DNA from: an uncultured Armatimonadetes bacterium
Lineage (GTDB): Bacteria > Armatimonadota > UBA5829 > DTJY01
Reading direction: 5' to 3'
Assembly (NCBI GenBank): GCA_963717145.1
Contig: OY970325.1
Span: 896,001-960,000, forward strand
Length of the DNA: 64,000 nt
Made by a program: the position numbers and the translations under genes. Positions 61,759 through 64,000 of the stretch are shown piece by piece; the stretch's first letter is position 1; every line of letters begins with the position of its first letter. Below the pieces are notes generated by a model. It was given only the letters and a program-made list of their open reading frames with translations. It ran no database searches and was not told the DNA's origin.

Positions 61759-63437
61759 GTCTACTCGATTATCTGAAGGCTGACGGAGCAGAAGTCATCA
61801 GCGAACCGGTCCAGGTTCAGAAGGCCCTCGCGTACATACGCGTATCTCACGAAGATTCCGCCAACCGTGGCACCAGTCTGGAGACCCAGCGCAGAGACAT
61901 AGAACGCTATGCCTCACGTGAGGGAATCCAGATCGTGGAATGGTTCGAGGAGCCAGGCAAGTCGGCGTTCAAGAACGGCGACAAGCGCACCGAGTTTGCA
62001 CGCATGGTGGCACGTGCGAAGGATGAAGTGGCCAGCGTCTCGCTCGTCCTCGTGTGGAAGTCCGATCGATTCAGCCGGGATCGATACCAGGCAGCGGCGG
62101 TCAAGGGAGAACTGGCTAAGGCGGGAGTTCGTGTGCTGTCGGTCCTTGAGCCCTACGATGCCCGTACAACCTCAGGGATCGTACTTGAGTCGGTCACAGA
62201 TGCCATGAACCAGATCCGCTCAATGGAGATCGGGCAGGTCACGCACCGCAACCTGCTCATCAACTGCGAGTTGAGAGACCCGGCGACCGGATGGGCCTAC
62301 AAGAACGGCGGATGGGCGCAGTTTGGATATCGCAATCATCGAGTCTACACTGACACCCACCGGAAGTATCAGACTCTCACTCATTGCATATGGATGCTTG
62401 ACGATGAGGTTGTAGCCGGCAAGCCCGTTCACGAATGGGCACGCATCATGCTCATCGAATGGCGGCTCGGCGAGAGGCTCGGAGCCGATGCCATAGCCCA
62501 ACGGTTAACTTCGGCCGGCGTACCGACCCCGAGCGGACGGTCAGCCTGGTCCGATACGACGGTTGATTCCCTCCTGGTGTTGGAGCGGCTGCTGCAGTAT
62601 TCCGGGTACGGAACTTGGAACAAGAATGAGTATCGGCACGGTGGGAAGCGTCCAAAGGATCGAAGCGAATGGAAGATCATCGAGAAGGCACACCCGGCGA
62701 TAATCACCATGGAAGAGGCTGAGAGAATTCACTCCATTCGCTTGGAGCGACGATCCAGGCCGGGCAAGCGTCCCGCTCATCGCTCTTCACCGTACCTGCT
62801 CTCTGGCGGACTGCTAAGGTGCTTGCATTGCGGCGCAAACTACGCGGGCCGTCAGCGGAATGGCTATGACTATTACGTATGCGGCGCGCAGATCTACCGC
62901 CATGGCGCGGACTGTGCTGGTCCATGGTATATCCGGCGAGAGGTACTGGAGAAGGCGGTCTTCGAATGCATCGAGAAGCTCTTCCTCTCCAATCCTAAGG
63001 AGCTTCGGCATGTTGTGGATAGCCATAACAAGTGGGTTGATGGACAGCTTGCGGAATACAGGACAGCAGAAGAAGAACGCCAGGCCGAGATCAGACGCCT
63101 GGAACAAGAGATCGCAAATTTGATGGATTCGATAGCTGGGGGGATAGATCCTACTGCAGTTAGGGCGTCCATCAACGACCGTACAACGCGACTGGACCGC
63201 ATGAGAAACAAAGTCTGTGGCGATCCACCGCGCAGGATCAGCGCAAGAGAGCTCAAGTCACAGGCGGCTGAGATGCTGCAGATAGCAGAAAGCCGCGATG
63301 TTGACCGGAAACGCACAGCCGTCCGGCAGTTCATCACGGCCCTCGAAGCAGACCCCGAAAGGCACATCGTCAGAGTCTTACTCCACCCTATTGATGCGCT
63401 GACTTATGCATTGAATGGTAGCGCCAGGGGGAGTTGA
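61755..63437 (+). CDS. Large serine recombinase (resolvase, recombinase and zinc-ribbon domains)
   Basis: YIRVS, SLETQ, DRFSR, FGY, AHPAII, YLLSGGLLRCLHCG, YYVC, coiled coil. Confidence 0.95.
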   Translation: MSLLDYLKADGAEVISEPVQVQKALAYIRVSHEDSANRGTSLETQRRDIERYASREGIQIVEWFEEPGKSAFKNGDKRTEFARMVARAKDEVASVSLVLVWKSDRFSRDRYQAAAVKGELAKAGVRVLSVLEPYDARTTSGIVLESVTDAMNQIRSMEIGQVTHRNLLINCELRDPATGWAYKNGGWAQFGYRNHRVYTDTHRKYQTLTHCIWMLDDEVVAGKPVHEWARIMLIEWRLGERLGADAIAQRLTSAGVPTPSGRSAWSDTTVDSLLVLERLLQYSGYGTWNKNEYRHGGKRPKDRSEWKIIEKAHPAIITMEEAERIHSIRLERRSRPGKRPAHRSSPYLLSGGLLRCLHCGANYAGRQRNGYDYYVCGAQIYRHGADCAGPWYIRREVLEKAVFECIEKLFLSNPKELRHVVDSHNKWVDGQLAEYRTAEEERQAEIRRLEQEIANLMDSIAGGIDPTAVRASINDRTTRLDRMRNKVCGDPPRRISARELKSQAAEMLQIAESRDVDRKRTAVRQFITALEADPERHIVRVLLHPIDALTYALNGSARGS

Positions 63438-63490
63438 ACCCCCGCCGCGGCCTTGAAAGAGCCGTGTCCTAACCGTTAGACCATGGCGCC
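63416..63490 (-). tRNA. tRNA-Glu (TTC)
   Basis: GGCGCCA TG GTCTAACGGTTAGGAC A CGGCT CTTTCAA GGCCG CGGC GGGGG TTCAACT CCCCC TGGCGCT A CCA; folds into a cloverleaf with encoded CCA. Confidence 0.95.
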
Positions 63491-63536
63491 GTATGCAAAA
63501 CAATGCCGCCCGCCATCAGCGCGCGACACACACGTC

Positions 63537-63565
63537 ATTATAACAGCATCCCGCCGAATCCGCAA
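63537..63565 (-). promoter_or_regulatory. Promoter of tRNA-Glu
   Basis: TTGCGG-17 bp-TATAAT on the minus strand followed by a GC-rich stretch. Confidence 0.6.
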
Positions 63566-63821
63566 TCCCTGCTTCCACATCGCGCCAATTCATGCGATTC
63601 CTTGATAGTTTACCCGGCAGATTACGGGGATAACCGCCGATAATGCTCTTAGGAGGATGCGGAACTCTTCGTTCGAAGCCGGCGTCATAAAAATGTAAAA
63701 GATATGACAAAAAGTAGTTGACGTGTTGAGTTTCATGTGCTAGCATTTCTGTGTCGGGGATTCTGAAAACGATTACAGAGACCGGCACTTATTTTGATCC
63801 GGAGGCTTACTGAGGGTGTCA

Positions 63822-64000
63822 ATGGAGTTACAAAGATATCATAGGAACCCTGTGCTCGCCCCCACTGACAACTGGTGGGAGAACAAGGCGGTGTTCAACT
63901 GTGCTGCCGCTCGTCTGAACGGGAATGTGCATATCCTTTACAGGGCGATCGGCGACGACGGGATCTCGAGATTCGGTTATGCCATGAGCGCTAACGGTCT
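63822..64000 (+). CDS. GH130-family glycosidase/phosphorylase, 5' part; runs off the window
   Basis: MELQRYHRNPVLAPTDNWWENKAVFNCAA..HILYRAIG..ISRFGYA.S..G. Confidence 0.8.
   Translation, partial: MELQRYHRNPVLAPTDNWWENKAVFNCAAARLNGNVHILYRAIGDDGISRFGYAMSANG

Larger units (their letters stand above)
23504..63490. mobile_element. Integrative genomic island at the 3' end of tRNA-Glu; left boundary lost or uncertain
   Basis: Serine recombinase running into the tRNA, excisionase-like HTH, primase-helicase with iterons, tyrosine recombinase, DUF932 and defence cargo; no housekeeping genes in the interval. Confidence 0.75.

Noticed and set aside
23504-63490. Prophage or conjugative ICE
   Set aside because: No terminase, capsid, tail, lysis, relaxase or T4SS genes are recognisable

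Overview
GC-rich bacterial genomic DNA. The PEP-CTERM protein and the C-terminal domain of the giant secreted protein suggest an Armatimonadota-like organism (inference only). Left third (1-20.7 kb): core and carbohydrate genes (two secreted sugar-active-like proteins, a Spy/CpxP-like protein, leuB, a GH4 glycosidase, DUF421, uvrA, uvrC), interrupted by a small putative defence cassette (Sir2-like gene, degenerate hicB, STAND-like ATPase) and three different IS elements. uvrC carries two unrelated palindromic DNA elements inserted in frame. From about 23.5 kb to a tRNA-Glu(TTC) at 63.4 kb lies a ~40 kb integrative island with no capsid or conjugation genes. It encodes a large serine recombinase whose stop codon lies inside the tRNA, an excisionase-like HTH, a DUF3854 primase-DUF927 helicase followed by GGGAAC iterons, a tyrosine recombinase with a lox-like site, DUF932, a defence cluster (truncated Mod-type methyltransferase, IS66-broken Menshen-like trio, RelE-like/SF1 helicase fusion), a 6423-aa modular surface protein and a PEP-CTERM protein. 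The island's left end appears to have been removed by an IS1182-associated rearrangement. leuB and uvrA have many frameshifts that look like assembly or polishing errors. All family assignments come from motif recognition by eye; no searches were run.
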